From Candidatus Zambryskiibacteriota bacterium (GTDB lineage Bacteria > Patescibacteriota > Minisyncoccia > Phycocordibacterales > WO2-35-19), in assembly GCA_048499675.1 (NCBI GenBank), contig JASNZL010000007.1, positions 2,401 through 66,400 on the forward strand: 64,000 nucleotides of DNA, read 5' to 3'. Positions 30,177-40,573 of the stretch are shown piece by piece. The number at the start of each line of letters is the position of its first letter. The stretch's first letter is position 1. Below the pieces are notes generated by a model that was given only the letters and a program-made list of their open reading frames with translations, was not told where the DNA came from and searched no databases. Position numbers and translations under genes: made by a program.

Positions 30177-30662
30177 TTATTTCTTCTCTGCTATTTGATT
30201 TAGAGCAATTGCATATCTCTGGATTGGAGAATTTATTATGTTTACAAACATTCCTCTTAGAACTTGCAATGAAGGAATAGAAGCGATGCTTACCATCTCT
30301 TCTTTTGTTTTGTATTCACCATCATAAATACCACCAACTATATTAATTTTATCTGCAAGTTTTTTTTGGAATGAGAATATTTCTCTCGCTGGAGCAAGCA
30401 AATCTTCTCCGTATGCAAGCGCTATCTCGCCTGACAGACTTGGCATTTCACCTTTTACCTTACTTTCATTTAAAACTTTTTTTATTAAAGTTTTTTTGGC
30501 AACTGTATAACCAACATTTTCTTTTTTTAGAGATCTTCTTACTTCTGAAGCATCGGCAACTGTGAGTTTATCAAAATTGACAAAAACTACAGAATTAGAG
30601 TTCCCTAAAAGATTTTCTATCTTTGAAACAATCTCTTGTTTCTTTTGTTTTGTTATGGCCAT
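30177..30662 (-). CDS. rplJ: 50S ribosomal protein L10
   Basis: N-terminus MAITKQKKQEIVSKIENLL…VVFVNFDKLTVADASEVRRSLKK. Confidence 0.85.
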   Translation of the reverse strand: MAITKQKKQEIVSKIENLLGNSNSVVFVNFDKLTVADASEVRRSLKKENVGYTVAKKTLIKKVLNESKVKGEMPSLSGEIALAYGEDLLAPAREIFSFQKKLADKINIVGGIYDGEYKTKEEMVSIASIPSLQVLRGMFVNIINSPIQRYAIALNQIAEKK

Positions 30663-30871
30663 GCTATCAATTTACAATTTTTAATTTACAATTTTCAGTT
30701 AATTTTCAATTTTTAAAATTTTCAAACTTAATTGAATTAATAAAAATTTGGTAACTGAAAATTACATCGACCAAGCCAGGGTAGCAATTTGAGAATTGCT
30801 TTTAGGTAGGGTATTTTATTACTCATTGATTATACTCAGAGTAAACCTACTGTCTCCAAAGCTGTTACGAA

Positions 30872-30900
30872 TATAATACTTTTTTTGTAGAATTTGTCAA
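30872..30900 (-). promoter_or_regulatory. Candidate promoter (TTGACA-N17-ATTATA) for the rplJ-rplL operon, followed by a ~210-nt leader
   Basis: Minus-strand read TTGACAAATTCTACAAAAAAAGTATTATA. The leader includes the GCAATTCTCAAATTGC hairpin, consistent with an L10-leader autoregulatory element. Confidence 0.45.
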
Positions 30901-31042
30901 TCCTGTAGTGAAAAATGGCATTGCTCTTTAAAAGAGCTCACCACCCTGTAAAAATATTTAACAAAATCAACACTTTGTTTATATAAATATATTTGTATCA
31001 AAATCTTTTAATGCCATTTTTCACTACAAGACTAACCCAGCT

Positions 31043-32527
31043 CTATCTAAATAAGTCCGCAAAGAAACCAAAAAAGTTGTTTACCAAACCTTTCTTTTTT
31101 GGGGCCTCATATATGATTTCATCCTGATTGTCTTCAGTATAAGCATCTCCGAGGACTTCTGCTTTGGGATTTATATTTGTTTCCGAGTTTGAAATGCCAA
31201 TTTGAGTATTGGGTTTATTGCTCACAGCTAATATAGGCGGATTTTTTTCTGTCACTAATTTTGCACTTATTGCCCTATCAACAACCAAAGATACTTCGTT
31301 CCAAATATCATCAGCCTGTTTTTGTATGTCTGACATTGGAACACTTGGTAAAGGGTCTACAATTTTAACAACCACTTTTCCGCGCGAATCTCTGAGTATT
31401 GTTTCTCCATTTGTCTGCTCCCCTTTTATAGAAAGCATGCTTTTATCAAGAGTTAATTTAGAATTTGGAAGCACAATAGTATCTGATTGGAAAATAAAAG
31501 CTTTATGGTTATGTGAGATTTTCCAATTAAATAAATTTAGCTCTGATTTTGAATTATTAAATATTTCTATATATTCGTCTCCAAGAGTTAGAGAAATATT
31601 TACATCACCAACCCTAACCTTAAACCTACTCACCGAATACACATCACCAGCTCTAGCATTTAAAACAACGGCATACTCTCCGGGGTATTTATAAGTATGG
31701 TTTACCGACTGACCAACTCCCACATTTCCATCACCAAAAGACCAGTTAAAATCTATTCTAGAATTCGGTACAGTATTTTTCTTGACCACGGCTTGAAAAT
31801 TGATTGGACTCCCAAGATTAATAAATCTATCACTACCTGACACAACCTCTAATTGAGAGCTAGCTGTAGAAACCGTAGAAAGACTTGAAGAACCTCCAGT
31901 TGTGCCCGAAGTTGTATTTGATGTTTGCGTACCAGCTGTTGTTAACGAAAGAACTTCGCCAGAGCTTGATTCATTTTTCTTGCCCGGTGTTGGAGTACCC
32001 GCAAACCAACTTCCTGATTCTGATTTTTGTAAAGAAAGACCATCGCCATTCGCACCCTGATCAGAAGAGTAAGAAACTTGATCTAATGTATTTCCGTCTC
32101 CATCTCTAATAGATAAAGTTGCTGTTGTGTTTGGTAAAGATATTGCACTAGAAAAAATTGTCCCAGCATATTGCCATTCAGACAAAAATTGTTCACCTTT
32201 TTTTGATATTATTGCGTATTCACCTGAACCAATCGTTTCGTCACCTTGAAACAAATTTAAGGTGTGAGCAGAGTTTATTACAAATCTCCATGAACCTTTT
32301 GATGTGCCTGTCAAAATATTTATCGGCTCACTTCCTGAATTATATATCTCTACCCATTCCCTATCAGTATCCGACCCAGAAAGGTCGTACATTATTTCTG
32401 TAATTATTATCTGTGCATGCAAAAGAGATGGTAAGAAAAGTATTGTAATCGTCAAAAGAATTTTTTTTGCGATATTTTTCATTTCTTTACTCAGCACGAG
32501 TTTGTTCAACATTGGCCGTCCCAGCAC
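31043..32527 (-). CDS. Secreted protein with two lamin-tail (LTD) domains
   Basis: Signal/TM N-terminus, then ITEIMYDLSGSDTDREWVEIYNSG… and …GDEYIEIFNNSKSELNLFNWKIS, the LTD signature. Confidence 0.55.
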   Translation of the reverse strand: MLGRPMLNKLVLSKEMKNIAKKILLTITILFLPSLLHAQIIITEIMYDLSGSDTDREWVEIYNSGSEPINILTGTSKGSWRFVINSAHTLNLFQGDETIGSGEYAIISKKGEQFLSEWQYAGTIFSSAISLPNTTATLSIRDGDGNTLDQVSYSSDQGANGDGLSLQKSESGSWFAGTPTPGKKNESSSGEVLSLTTAGTQTSNTTSGTTGGSSSLSTVSTASSQLEVVSGSDRFINLGSPINFQAVVKKNTVPNSRIDFNWSFGDGNVGVGQSVNHTYKYPGEYAVVLNARAGDVYSVSRFKVRVGDVNISLTLGDEYIEIFNNSKSELNLFNWKISHNHKAFIFQSDTIVLPNSKLTLDKSMLSIKGEQTNGETILRDSRGKVVVKIVDPLPSVPMSDIQKQADDIWNEVSLVVDRAISAKLVTEKNPPILAVSNKPNTQIGISNSETNINPKAEVLGDAYTEDNQDEIIYEAPKKKGLVNNFFGFFADLFR

Positions 32528-32645
32528 TACTTTCTATATACCTCGAAGTCAAAACAATAATCAATAAGCTGGTACAAACTATACACAAAAAACCAAAAGT
32601 GAATTTAAAAAAAGTTTTGTCTAAGTATTTCATAATTAAAATTAA

Positions 32646-32945
32646 TTAAAATCCGAAGTTAGATATTGAATTTCCGAAATAGAGAATAGATATTAATAGT
32701 ACGATAATAACCAAAGGAATAATGGTCCACCTTCTTGAACCTTCAGGGTCTTTTAGGTTAACTAGTAATATAATTACATTGATAATTATACCTACCAATA
32801 ATGCTGTGTTTGTAACCAGATTTATATTGTCATAACCCCACTTAAAATTATCTAATCTTGAATATGTGGCGTTAGTATAAGAAACAATAATAGGTATAAA
32901 AAAGAATACCATTTCATATACTAAATATTTTAAATTTTTTTTCAT
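32646..32945 (-). CDS. Hypothetical small membrane protein
   Basis: Three predicted TM helices. Confidence 0.3.
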   Translation of the reverse strand: MKKNLKYLVYEMVFFFIPIIVSYTNATYSRLDNFKWGYDNINLVTNTALLVGIIINVIILLVNLKDPEGSRRWTIIPLVIIVLLISILYFGNSISNFGF

Positions 32946-32969
32946 TTTATTGTAATCTGTTCTCTAAAA

Positions 32970-33335
32970 CTATTTAATACTTGTTGATGTGTTTGATTTT
33001 TTAGCTCTATACTTACTTCTAATTTTTGACACAAGATATACAACCATACCCCAATATAGCAAAAATAAAGGATTTAAAAATATAAATTGCGGTAAAGTAA
33101 TTTCTGAAACACTCGGAATTACATTTAAAATGGCTAGGCCTGCGACAATTACGGGAAGAGATAACAAAGATACAGCTCTAATGTAAAGATTTCCTGACTC
33201 ACACAACATACCACCATATCCACAATAATCTATCCCAAGAAAACCACAGGAAAAACAGTTCGTATATGTGTGTATGATAACAACAGATCCTCCGAGTGAT
33301 AGACCAAGTAATATTCCTAAAAAGAATTTTTTCAT
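32970..33335 (-). CDS. Hypothetical Cys-rich small membrane protein
   Basis: TM helices plus CFSCGFLGIDYCGYGGMLC. Confidence 0.3.
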   Translation of the reverse strand: MKKFFLGILLGLSLGGSVVIIHTYTNCFSCGFLGIDYCGYGGMLCESGNLYIRAVSLLSLPVIVAGLAILNVIPSVSEITLPQFIFLNPLFLLYWGMVVYLVSKIRSKYRAKKSNTSTSIK

Positions 33336-33349
33336 AATAAATTTTTTAA

Positions 33350-36300
33350 CTATAATAATGATTCAATTTGCTCTAAAATTTTAATGATTTCATTCGCATC
33401 AGTGTCACTCATTTTGCCACTATTTTGGTTTTTATTTATCATATTGTTTAATCGAGCAAGAGTGTTTGTAAGCATTTGTTTTTTCTCCAATCTTTCTACT
33501 CTGATTATGAGAGATGTTTCTAGTGCTGGTTTTATACTCAAACTTTCAATTTTGGTTTTTAAACTAAGTAATAAGTCAGGATCTAGTTGAATACTGTTTG
33601 ATACAGCATCAAGTTCGTTAATAATATTCAATATCTCTTCTGCACTATTAACCTCAATTCTACCATTTTTTGTTTTGTTATTTATGTCCTTCTCTATTCT
33701 TTCCAAAATTTTTACATTTTGTTCTTTTTTTCTTTCGATCTTCTTTTCTAAATTATTGATTCTTTTGAGTAAATTCTTTTTAATTTTATCCTTAATATTT
33801 AGGGAACTTATTTTATCTTTCAAAATTTGAAGCAAATCTGATAAAGAAGGGTTGGTATTATCAGGTAGTATTAACGAATCAATTTCACCATCGCCGTCTT
33901 CATCAATTTGAATTTTTGTTTTTAAAGGCTCTGAAGCTTCGACTACGAAGCTCGCCTGGGATGTTTCTGTAACTGGTATGTCAGTGAAGCTTGTTATGAG
34001 TTCAGGAGCATCGTCTACGAAATTCTTAATTTCAACCGTCACCTCTCCATTACCCGTACCCGAGAAAACAAAATCATAGGTACCTTCTTTAGGAAGAAAA
34101 ACATACTGACTATCCCCAAGCGCTATGAACGAACTACCAGGTATTTCCTCTTTTATTTGTAGGAATCCTAGCGATAAGTCTTGATTTGGTTCAACTCCAG
34201 TAAAATTACCATCACCATCATATGCACCTAATATTACCGGTGAATGTGTGCTGACCAACAACTGCTCACCCAGATCAGAAATTTGAGGTTTATAATTTGA
34301 TACATAATCAATGTTTTCAATTTGATTATTTTTAACCAAACATCTAATAATTTTCTGTGTAGGCCCAGCACTCAAAATATTACCATGTTGTGTATTTAGA
34401 GAAGATTTCTTATTATAATCTACTAGATTTAAATAATAAACTTCTCCTAGGTCAGGTAGCACTGCACTTGGATATACAACTGTGCTGTCACCTTCTTTTG
34501 TAAATAAAGCTTCATAACTCGGACTTCTGTGGTGATTTTTATATTCTATTCCTTTTAGAGTTGGTATCCCCCACCCAGCAACTTGAACCACTCTTATGCT
34601 TGAAGGCATTTTGTACTCATCATAAAATGCGTGAAGATTTTTGGAATGTTCTAGCAGATCACTTCGCAAAATTTCAGGTTTTAAAACTTCTGTACTACTT
34701 GGCTCTTCTCGAACAACACCTTCTCCGCTCAAAAATTCTGTAAAATCAAAATAGTTTGAAATACTATCTCCCCAATAATTGCGCCAATCTTCGGTAAAAC
34801 CCGCTTTGTTGTTGAATCTCATTACCGGATCAGAAACTCTTTCAAAATACAATTCTGAAGGGAGTAAATTAAAAGCACTTTGCATATTTTGACCAACTTC
34901 TCTCATGTCATATTTGCTAGCAATCATTCCCCCAACTATAGATTCCCCATCACCATGAAGTAGTGATCCGATCGCCTGCGGTGTGCCGAGTTGTGGTGTC
35001 CCCACCATTACAAATGATTCGATTAGATGACTCTTGCCCAACTCTTCCATTTTTTTGATTATTTCCTTGCCCAATAATCCCCCCATTGAGTGCGCAACAA
35101 TTGATACTTTTCCTGTGTTAGAATTTTGCGCTAATTCTTCTAATCTCTCTATCACATCGATGCGACCATCACTTTTTGTTTGAATACCATCATTAATTAT
35201 TTTTTCTGGAGAAAATCTCCAATCATATGCAAGAGGTAACCATTCTTTGATTGTGCTCGTGCCAGTATTTTCATCAATCGTAGACAAATTATCCATAAAT
35301 TCACTGAACTCAGAATAAACTTTTGTTTTATAAAAAGTGTCTATTATACCGTCTACCACTATCGGATACTTACTTGTACCATTTTCATTTATCTCAAGTT
35401 GAATTACGTCGTTACTAAACATAGCTGGTGGCCACAATCTATCATTCTCCTTTGTCACATTTACTTTTTCTAAAACACTACCCTTTATCCCAGGCAGAAA
35501 AATAACACTCGAACAACAACCCTTCTCACCGCTTAACGGATCGCTTGTGAGCCACGGATTAAAATCTACAAAATCAGAAACTCTATCACCTTCGCCCAAA
35601 GGATTTGAAGTGGCATTATATGGACCAGATTGTTTGCCCCAATAATTGTTTTTTGCTGAAACTAATTTTGTAGCAAAAAAAGTTTCGATTCCAATATTAT
35701 TATTTGCAATTTTACTTTGTTCAACAGAAATATTTGCATCATCAATAACAAATAATCCATGTTGATTGTTTTCTATTAAAGAACCTTCAACTGAAACATT
35801 TACACTTGGGTATCTTGCCCAAATTCCCGAGCCTTCAAAATTTTTTATTTTTATATTTTTTATATTTCCGCTTACCCCATCAAACACAAAAACACCCTCA
35901 CCTAATCCTCCATCAAAAACTGAATTTTTTATATTCAATTCTGTATTCTGGTAAGCAATGAGAGCTGAAGATGTGCCACCATTCAAAACATTTACATTAT
36001 CCAAATCAACTTTTGAATTTGTAAAAAAATATAGCCCATACTGTCCAGTATTATTTTTAATAGTGCTATTTTTTAGATTAAACTGAGAATCATTAAAAAC
36101 CATCAAGGAACTAGTGTTCTCAGTATGTAGATTATCAAAAAAACCAATTGATTCGTTATATAACATCAAAGCATCTCCTTTAGAATTTTTTATCTTAATA
36201 TTTTTGCCATCTACTATACTTTTATCGTATACAACAATACCTGCCCCAATCACATCTTCAATATTTAAATTTTGGACGAATATTTCTGAGTTACCATAAA

Positions 36301-36979
36301 TTTCTACTGAATTATTGGATAAAGAATCCAATGTAGACCTTATGTCAATTTTATTCAGATTTGATTTTGAATTTAATAAACTGATTGAATGATTTGTGTA
36401 TTCAAATGAAATGTCTTCCATCTTTACCGGACTATTCATAACAAATATACCCTCGTTGTTTTTATGAAATAGAACTTTTCCAAAATCAATCAGGTTTGAG
36501 TTTAAAATTGAAATCCCTTTATCTGAGTGTTTTATTATTGTATTTATGAAATAGGAATTTTCTAGGCTATTATAGAAATTAATTCCAGACCAATCCCCAG
36601 GAATCCCGTAGTCAAAATCTGGATTGTCGGGATTATTTGGAACAGATTCATCAAATACAGAAGTGAAGTATACCGGTTCCCCATCAACAGAACCTACTTC
36701 TATAGAGCCAAAAATATTGATACTGGTCCCATACTCAAACTTAACAACAACACCATTTTCTATTTTAAGTTTTGCACCAGACTCCACAATTAATGGTTCC
36801 ATTATCAAATATGGACTACCGAGAGTAGTCCATATTTGATCTTCTGTTATATATGATTCTGAAGAATCAATTATTGTTTCTGCAGACGAAAAACTTGGAA
36901 CAAATAGAGGGAGCGAAAAGACAACTAATAATATTGCTCGGAACATTTTATTTTTATTAAGTATAAATTTTATCACCAC
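33350..36979 (-). CDS. Large secreted protein: right-handed beta-helix repeats plus an alpha/beta-hydrolase (lipase/PGAP1-like) domain and a C-terminal coiled coil
   Basis: Signal peptide; repeated N/G-rich beta-helix units (…NSVEIYGNSEIFVQNLNIEDV…); lipase nucleophile elbow VSIVAHSMGGLLG; a heptad-rich C-terminus. Confidence 0.55.
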   Translation of the reverse strand: MVIKFILNKNKMFRAILLVVFSLPLFVPSFSSAETIIDSSESYITEDQIWTTLGSPYLIMEPLIVESGAKLKIENGVVVKFEYGTSINIFGSIEVGSVDGEPVYFTSVFDESVPNNPDNPDFDYGIPGDWSGINFYNSLENSYFINTIIKHSDKGISILNSNLIDFGKVLFHKNNEGIFVMNSPVKMEDISFEYTNHSISLLNSKSNLNKIDIRSTLDSLSNNSVEIYGNSEIFVQNLNIEDVIGAGIVVYDKSIVDGKNIKIKNSKGDALMLYNESIGFFDNLHTENTSSLMVFNDSQFNLKNSTIKNNTGQYGLYFFTNSKVDLDNVNVLNGGTSSALIAYQNTELNIKNSVFDGGLGEGVFVFDGVSGNIKNIKIKNFEGSGIWARYPSVNVSVEGSLIENNQHGLFVIDDANISVEQSKIANNNIGIETFFATKLVSAKNNYWGKQSGPYNATSNPLGEGDRVSDFVDFNPWLTSDPLSGEKGCCSSVIFLPGIKGSVLEKVNVTKENDRLWPPAMFSNDVIQLEINENGTSKYPIVVDGIIDTFYKTKVYSEFSEFMDNLSTIDENTGTSTIKEWLPLAYDWRFSPEKIINDGIQTKSDGRIDVIERLEELAQNSNTGKVSIVAHSMGGLLGKEIIKKMEELGKSHLIESFVMVGTPQLGTPQAIGSLLHGDGESIVGGMIASKYDMREVGQNMQSAFNLLPSELYFERVSDPVMRFNNKAGFTEDWRNYWGDSISNYFDFTEFLSGEGVVREEPSSTEVLKPEILRSDLLEHSKNLHAFYDEYKMPSSIRVVQVAGWGIPTLKGIEYKNHHRSPSYEALFTKEGDSTVVYPSAVLPDLGEVYYLNLVDYNKKSSLNTQHGNILSAGPTQKIIRCLVKNNQIENIDYVSNYKPQISDLGEQLLVSTHSPVILGAYDGDGNFTGVEPNQDLSLGFLQIKEEIPGSSFIALGDSQYVFLPKEGTYDFVFSGTGNGEVTVEIKNFVDDAPELITSFTDIPVTETSQASFVVEASEPLKTKIQIDEDGDGEIDSLILPDNTNPSLSDLLQILKDKISSLNIKDKIKKNLLKRINNLEKKIERKKEQNVKILERIEKDINNKTKNGRIEVNSAEEILNIINELDAVSNSIQLDPDLLLSLKTKIESLSIKPALETSLIIRVERLEKKQMLTNTLARLNNMINKNQNSGKMSDTDANEIIKILEQIESLL

Positions 36980-37035
36980 AACAATATAGGTTTATCAAAA
37001 TAGCTGTGGATAACTTTTTTAAATAAAACCTCACA

Positions 37036-37120
37036 GAACACACCAAGGGTAGCCCTTGGATAATTTTAATGTTGAAAAATAAGGGTAAAAACACACCAAG
37101 GGCTACCCTTGGTGTGTTTT
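37036..37120. repeat. REP doublet (ACACACCAAGGGTAGCCCTTGG … CCAAGGGCTACCCTTGGTGTGT) flanking the RAYT
   Basis: Same palindrome and GTTGAAAAATAAGGGTAAAA spacer as 3909-3978. Confidence 0.8.
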
Positions 37121-37129
37121 TGGTGTGTT

Positions 37130-37816
37130 TTAAGATATTTTTGGTATATTATCTTTAAAAAGAAGCCAGAAGTTTATAAAATCATCAAAATCAGAATCTT
37201 TAAAATAATCTGGAAAAACTTCTTTATTCAAAATTGTATGTTGTGGTCTTTTTTCACCAGTTGGATTTATATAGTCCCCATAACTTGAATATTTATAAGA
37301 ATCTAAATATTTTTTAACCATTTCTAAATTACTAATCCCGCCCTCCCTCCAATTAGGTTCAATGATTTTTACTGGATTTAAGTGAATATATGAAAATAAA
37401 TATTTTAAATATTCATCTCTTGTGACATGTTCAGCTTTGAATGGACCTTGAAAAAGTGATCCGTTTCTTTTGTATTTTTTATTAAAATACATTGAATATG
37501 AAGTTTGAATTTTTTCCATAAAAGAACTTACTCCGCCATCAAATTTTGCCCTAACTAATATATGAAAATGGTTAGGCATCAAACAATATGCTCCAATATC
37601 AACCAACGTCTCTTCTCTATCAAAAACAAATCTCATTTTTTTTGAAATATTTTTTAAAACAATTCTATTGACAGAATTAAAAAGATAGAGTGTTTCCAAA
37701 AATCTTTGGTGATCTTTGTCTGAATAAAAAATAATTCTTTTATCTGTTCCCCTATTGTATATGTGATAATATTCTTCTTGCGAAAATTTTATTTTTCTTT
37801 CCATACTAATATACAT
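37130..37816 (-). CDS. REP-associated tyrosine transposase (RAYT; IS200/IS605-like Y1 HUH transposase)
   Basis: HUH motif NHFHILV and catalytic-Tyr motif YIHLNPV. Flanked on both sides by REP doublets. Confidence 0.75.
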   Translation of the reverse strand: MYISMERKIKFSQEEYYHIYNRGTDKRIIFYSDKDHQRFLETLYLFNSVNRIVLKNISKKMRFVFDREETLVDIGAYCLMPNHFHILVRAKFDGGVSSFMEKIQTSYSMYFNKKYKRNGSLFQGPFKAEHVTRDEYLKYLFSYIHLNPVKIIEPNWREGGISNLEMVKKYLDSYKYSSYGDYINPTGEKRPQHTILNKEVFPDYFKDSDFDDFINFWLLFKDNIPKIS

Positions 37817-37842
37817 AAATTATATTACTATCCACAAATTAT

Positions 37843-37919
37843 CCAAGGGCTACCCTTGGATAATTTTAATATTGAAAAATAAAGACAAAAACACACCAAG
37901 GGCTACCCTTGGTGTGTTT
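37843..37919. repeat. REP doublet flanking the RAYT (two CCAAGGGCTACCCTTGG copies)
   Basis: Sequence match to the other REP copies. Confidence 0.8.
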
Positions 37920-37938
37920 GGGGGGAATTTGGCAATAC

Positions 37939-37966
37939 AAAAACCCGCCGTGAGGCGGGTTTTTGT
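37939..37966. terminator. Bidirectional rho-independent terminator
   Basis: AAAACCCGCCGTGAGGCGGGTTTTTG. Confidence 0.6.
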
Positions 37967-38014
37967 GAGCATTATCACTAACCGAAATCGGTGATAATCA
38001 CAAGTGCTCTTAGA

Positions 38015-39922
38015 TTAAGGGAAGCTTACGTCGTTAGTTCTCCAGTCAACTTCGCCAGCCATAAATGATGATGACTGTCCGTTGTTCCAGTGAACTGCTT
38101 CTAGACCAACTGAGTATAGACCGCTGTCTACGCCCGAACCATCCGCTGTTCTTCCAGGAACCTGGAATGTAACTGGGATAGTAATTTCGCTACCCTCTGC
38201 CAATGTACAGCTGTTTGTTCCGAATGTTGTACATGTTGAAGGAATAGTGAATGAAGTTGAAGTAGCAAGGTTCTCTGAACTTACTTGACCATTGTAGTAA
38301 AGCTTGAAGCTTGTTGAAGGACCGAATACTGGAGTTGCTGAAGCAACTGAACCTAGTAGTAGGTCACCGCCAACTGCTTTAACTTTTACATTGAATGTAG
38401 CAGTAAGAGTTGATGTACTTACAGGTGAACCGTTTGTTTGTGCAACACCTGAAGTTGAAATACTCTTTGATACCAAAGATACTTCAGCTCCAACATTTCT
38501 TACACCGATTGTGTAACCTTGTGCAGAACCTGTAGGAGTTACAGTGTCACCTTGTGAGTTTTCAGCAACTATGTCAGCTGCGTCGACATCTAGAGTAATA
38601 TTTCTGATTGTACCATTTGCATCTCTAACGTCAGCCTTAACTGTAAATGTTTTTGTTGAATCTTTTGCAACAGTAACATCTATGTCAGAGAATGTAGCAC
38701 CTACACCATTTGATGCTGAGTTGTCGATTTCTGTAGAACCATCAAATAGGTAAAGTGTTGTAACAGTAGCCAATCCTGAATCAGAGTAAACAATGTCTAC
38801 AGTAAGATCTGTGATCATAACTGCATCTTTCTCAGCTTTAACATCGAAAGTTAGCATTGATACTTTGTCCAATTCATCATCTGTTGAACCATCAGCAGCA
38901 ACTACATCCATTTTCTTTGGAGATGCATTGTTTAGAGATAGTTTCAAAGCAGCTGAATCAGAAAGACTCTTTTGAACTGAAACTGATCTTGTGATTGAGT
39001 TTGAACCAGCGTATTGGTCAATACCAGCACCATCAACACCTCTCACACCATTAGTGTCAAGCATTAATGTGTAGCTACCGATATCGCTTGTATCAACTGT
39101 GTTTCTTACATCAGCTTTGACAACGATAGTCCTTGAAGAATCCTTTGGAACAACTAGGTTGAAACCTGTGATTGTTACATAGTATCTTCCACCATCTTTA
39201 ACAACTGTTGAAGAATTTAGGTCAACTGAAGCAAGAGTGTTTCCCCCTTCAGTAACATACAATCTTGAATAAATTTTATTAAAGATTGTTGTAGCTGTAC
39301 CTAGATCCAATTTGATTCTTTGAATAGCAATGTCTGACTGTTTAGCATCCACTTTCATTCCTAAAACAGAAGCCATTGAATCTCCTTCGTATACAGTTGA
39401 AGCAATGCCTGCGCTTGATGAAGTAACAGCAAGTGTTCCTTCAACACCAGGAGTAGTGATACCAGCTCCAGGAGTTGTTGGGGTTGTTCCAGGTACTGTT
39501 GGAGTTGTTCCAGCCATTGCATTTACTTTAGCTCTAGTGATAGGGCCAAAGTATCCAACTGCAGGACTAATTCCTGCTTCTGCTTGGTATTTAGCCAAAG
39601 CAGATTGTGTCAAGGGACCAAAGTATCCATAAGCAACGCCTGCTGGCATTACCAAGTATCCTTTAGATACCAACCACTGTTGTAGAGCAGTAACCTCTGC
39701 ACCTGTTGAACCTATTGTAAGGTCGCTAGTAAACATCATTCCTGCACCTGTTGTTGGAGTTGTTCCAGCAATCTGTGCTTGAAGTTGAGCGATCATAGCA
39801 AGCAAGCTATTGATCTGAGCTGTAAGTTCAGCTGTTGTTTGAGCAGAAGCTGGAATAGCTACTGTACTCAAAACCATAGCAGCACCTAAAACTCCCGCGA
39901 AAAGTTTTGATTTTAATTTCAT
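38015..39922 (-). CDS. Secreted Thr/Ser/Gly-rich protein with an N-terminal peptidoglycan-binding domain (PGBD1) and Ig-like repeats
   Basis: Signal peptide; …GSTGAEVTALQQWLVSKGYL… and …GYFGPITRAKV (PG_binding_1 signature). Elevated GC (~45%) from the amino-acid bias. Confidence 0.55.
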   Translation of the reverse strand: MKLKSKLFAGVLGAAMVLSTVAIPASAQTTAELTAQINSLLAMIAQLQAQIAGTTPTTGAGMMFTSDLTIGSTGAEVTALQQWLVSKGYLVMPAGVAYGYFGPLTQSALAKYQAEAGISPAVGYFGPITRAKVNAMAGTTPTVPGTTPTTPGAGITTPGVEGTLAVTSSSAGIASTVYEGDSMASVLGMKVDAKQSDIAIQRIKLDLGTATTIFNKIYSRLYVTEGGNTLASVDLNSSTVVKDGGRYYVTITGFNLVVPKDSSRTIVVKADVRNTVDTSDIGSYTLMLDTNGVRGVDGAGIDQYAGSNSITRSVSVQKSLSDSAALKLSLNNASPKKMDVVAADGSTDDELDKVSMLTFDVKAEKDAVMITDLTVDIVYSDSGLATVTTLYLFDGSTEIDNSASNGVGATFSDIDVTVAKDSTKTFTVKADVRDANGTIRNITLDVDAADIVAENSQGDTVTPTGSAQGYTIGVRNVGAEVSLVSKSISTSGVAQTNGSPVSTSTLTATFNVKVKAVGGDLLLGSVASATPVFGPSTSFKLYYNGQVSSENLATSTSFTIPSTCTTFGTNSCTLAEGSEITIPVTFQVPGRTADGSGVDSGLYSVGLEAVHWNNGQSSSFMAGEVDWRTNDVSFP

Positions 39923-40573
39923 ATAATTTTTTCATTCACCCACCCTATTCTTTTATTAATAAAATTTTGAATTGGATAGATGATAATCGAGCAAGTATGC
40001 GGTTATTAAACACACACCCACCCGAACTAATAAATAATAATTGATTACTAATATAACCTTCACTCTTTTGTTTTGTTATGAAGAGTTTGCATAAAGCAAT
40101 CTCTAGACAAAAAACTAGAAGCAAAGTTTCTACCAAAAATTATTACTTCTGTAATCGACAAGAAATAATAATTTTAGAGAACAATTTTGAATGGGTACTT
40201 CTGTCTTTACTATAGTTAAGGGACAAAACTGAATTTCAGAAAATTATTTTTGCATATTTAATTGTCAAAGACCTCTTGCACTGATTTTAACGCCTTATTT
40301 CCACGCTTGCAAAATACAATGTGTGGATAAGGCATTGTTTTTAAGTATTGCATATTTTTTAAATAGATTCAACTAGACCCCCACCAATCCACAAATGTTC
40401 ACGAATCTTAACTAATAAAAGACAGAAGAGCAGACGGGGTACCAATCACACAAATATTCCAGATACTCCCGAATGCATTTAATAACGAAAAATTTTTATA
40501 AGCATTTAGGATTTTTATCTATTTTTTAATCTATAAATATTGGTTGATTAGGAAGATTCGTGAATATTAGTAA

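Noticed and set aside
38304-39632. Four plus-strand ORFs (38304-38516, 38544-38753, 38793-38975, 39330-39632) antisense to the Thr/Gly-rich secreted protein gene
   Set aside because: They are antisense frames of a compositionally biased (GC-elevated) gene. They have no start context and no support.
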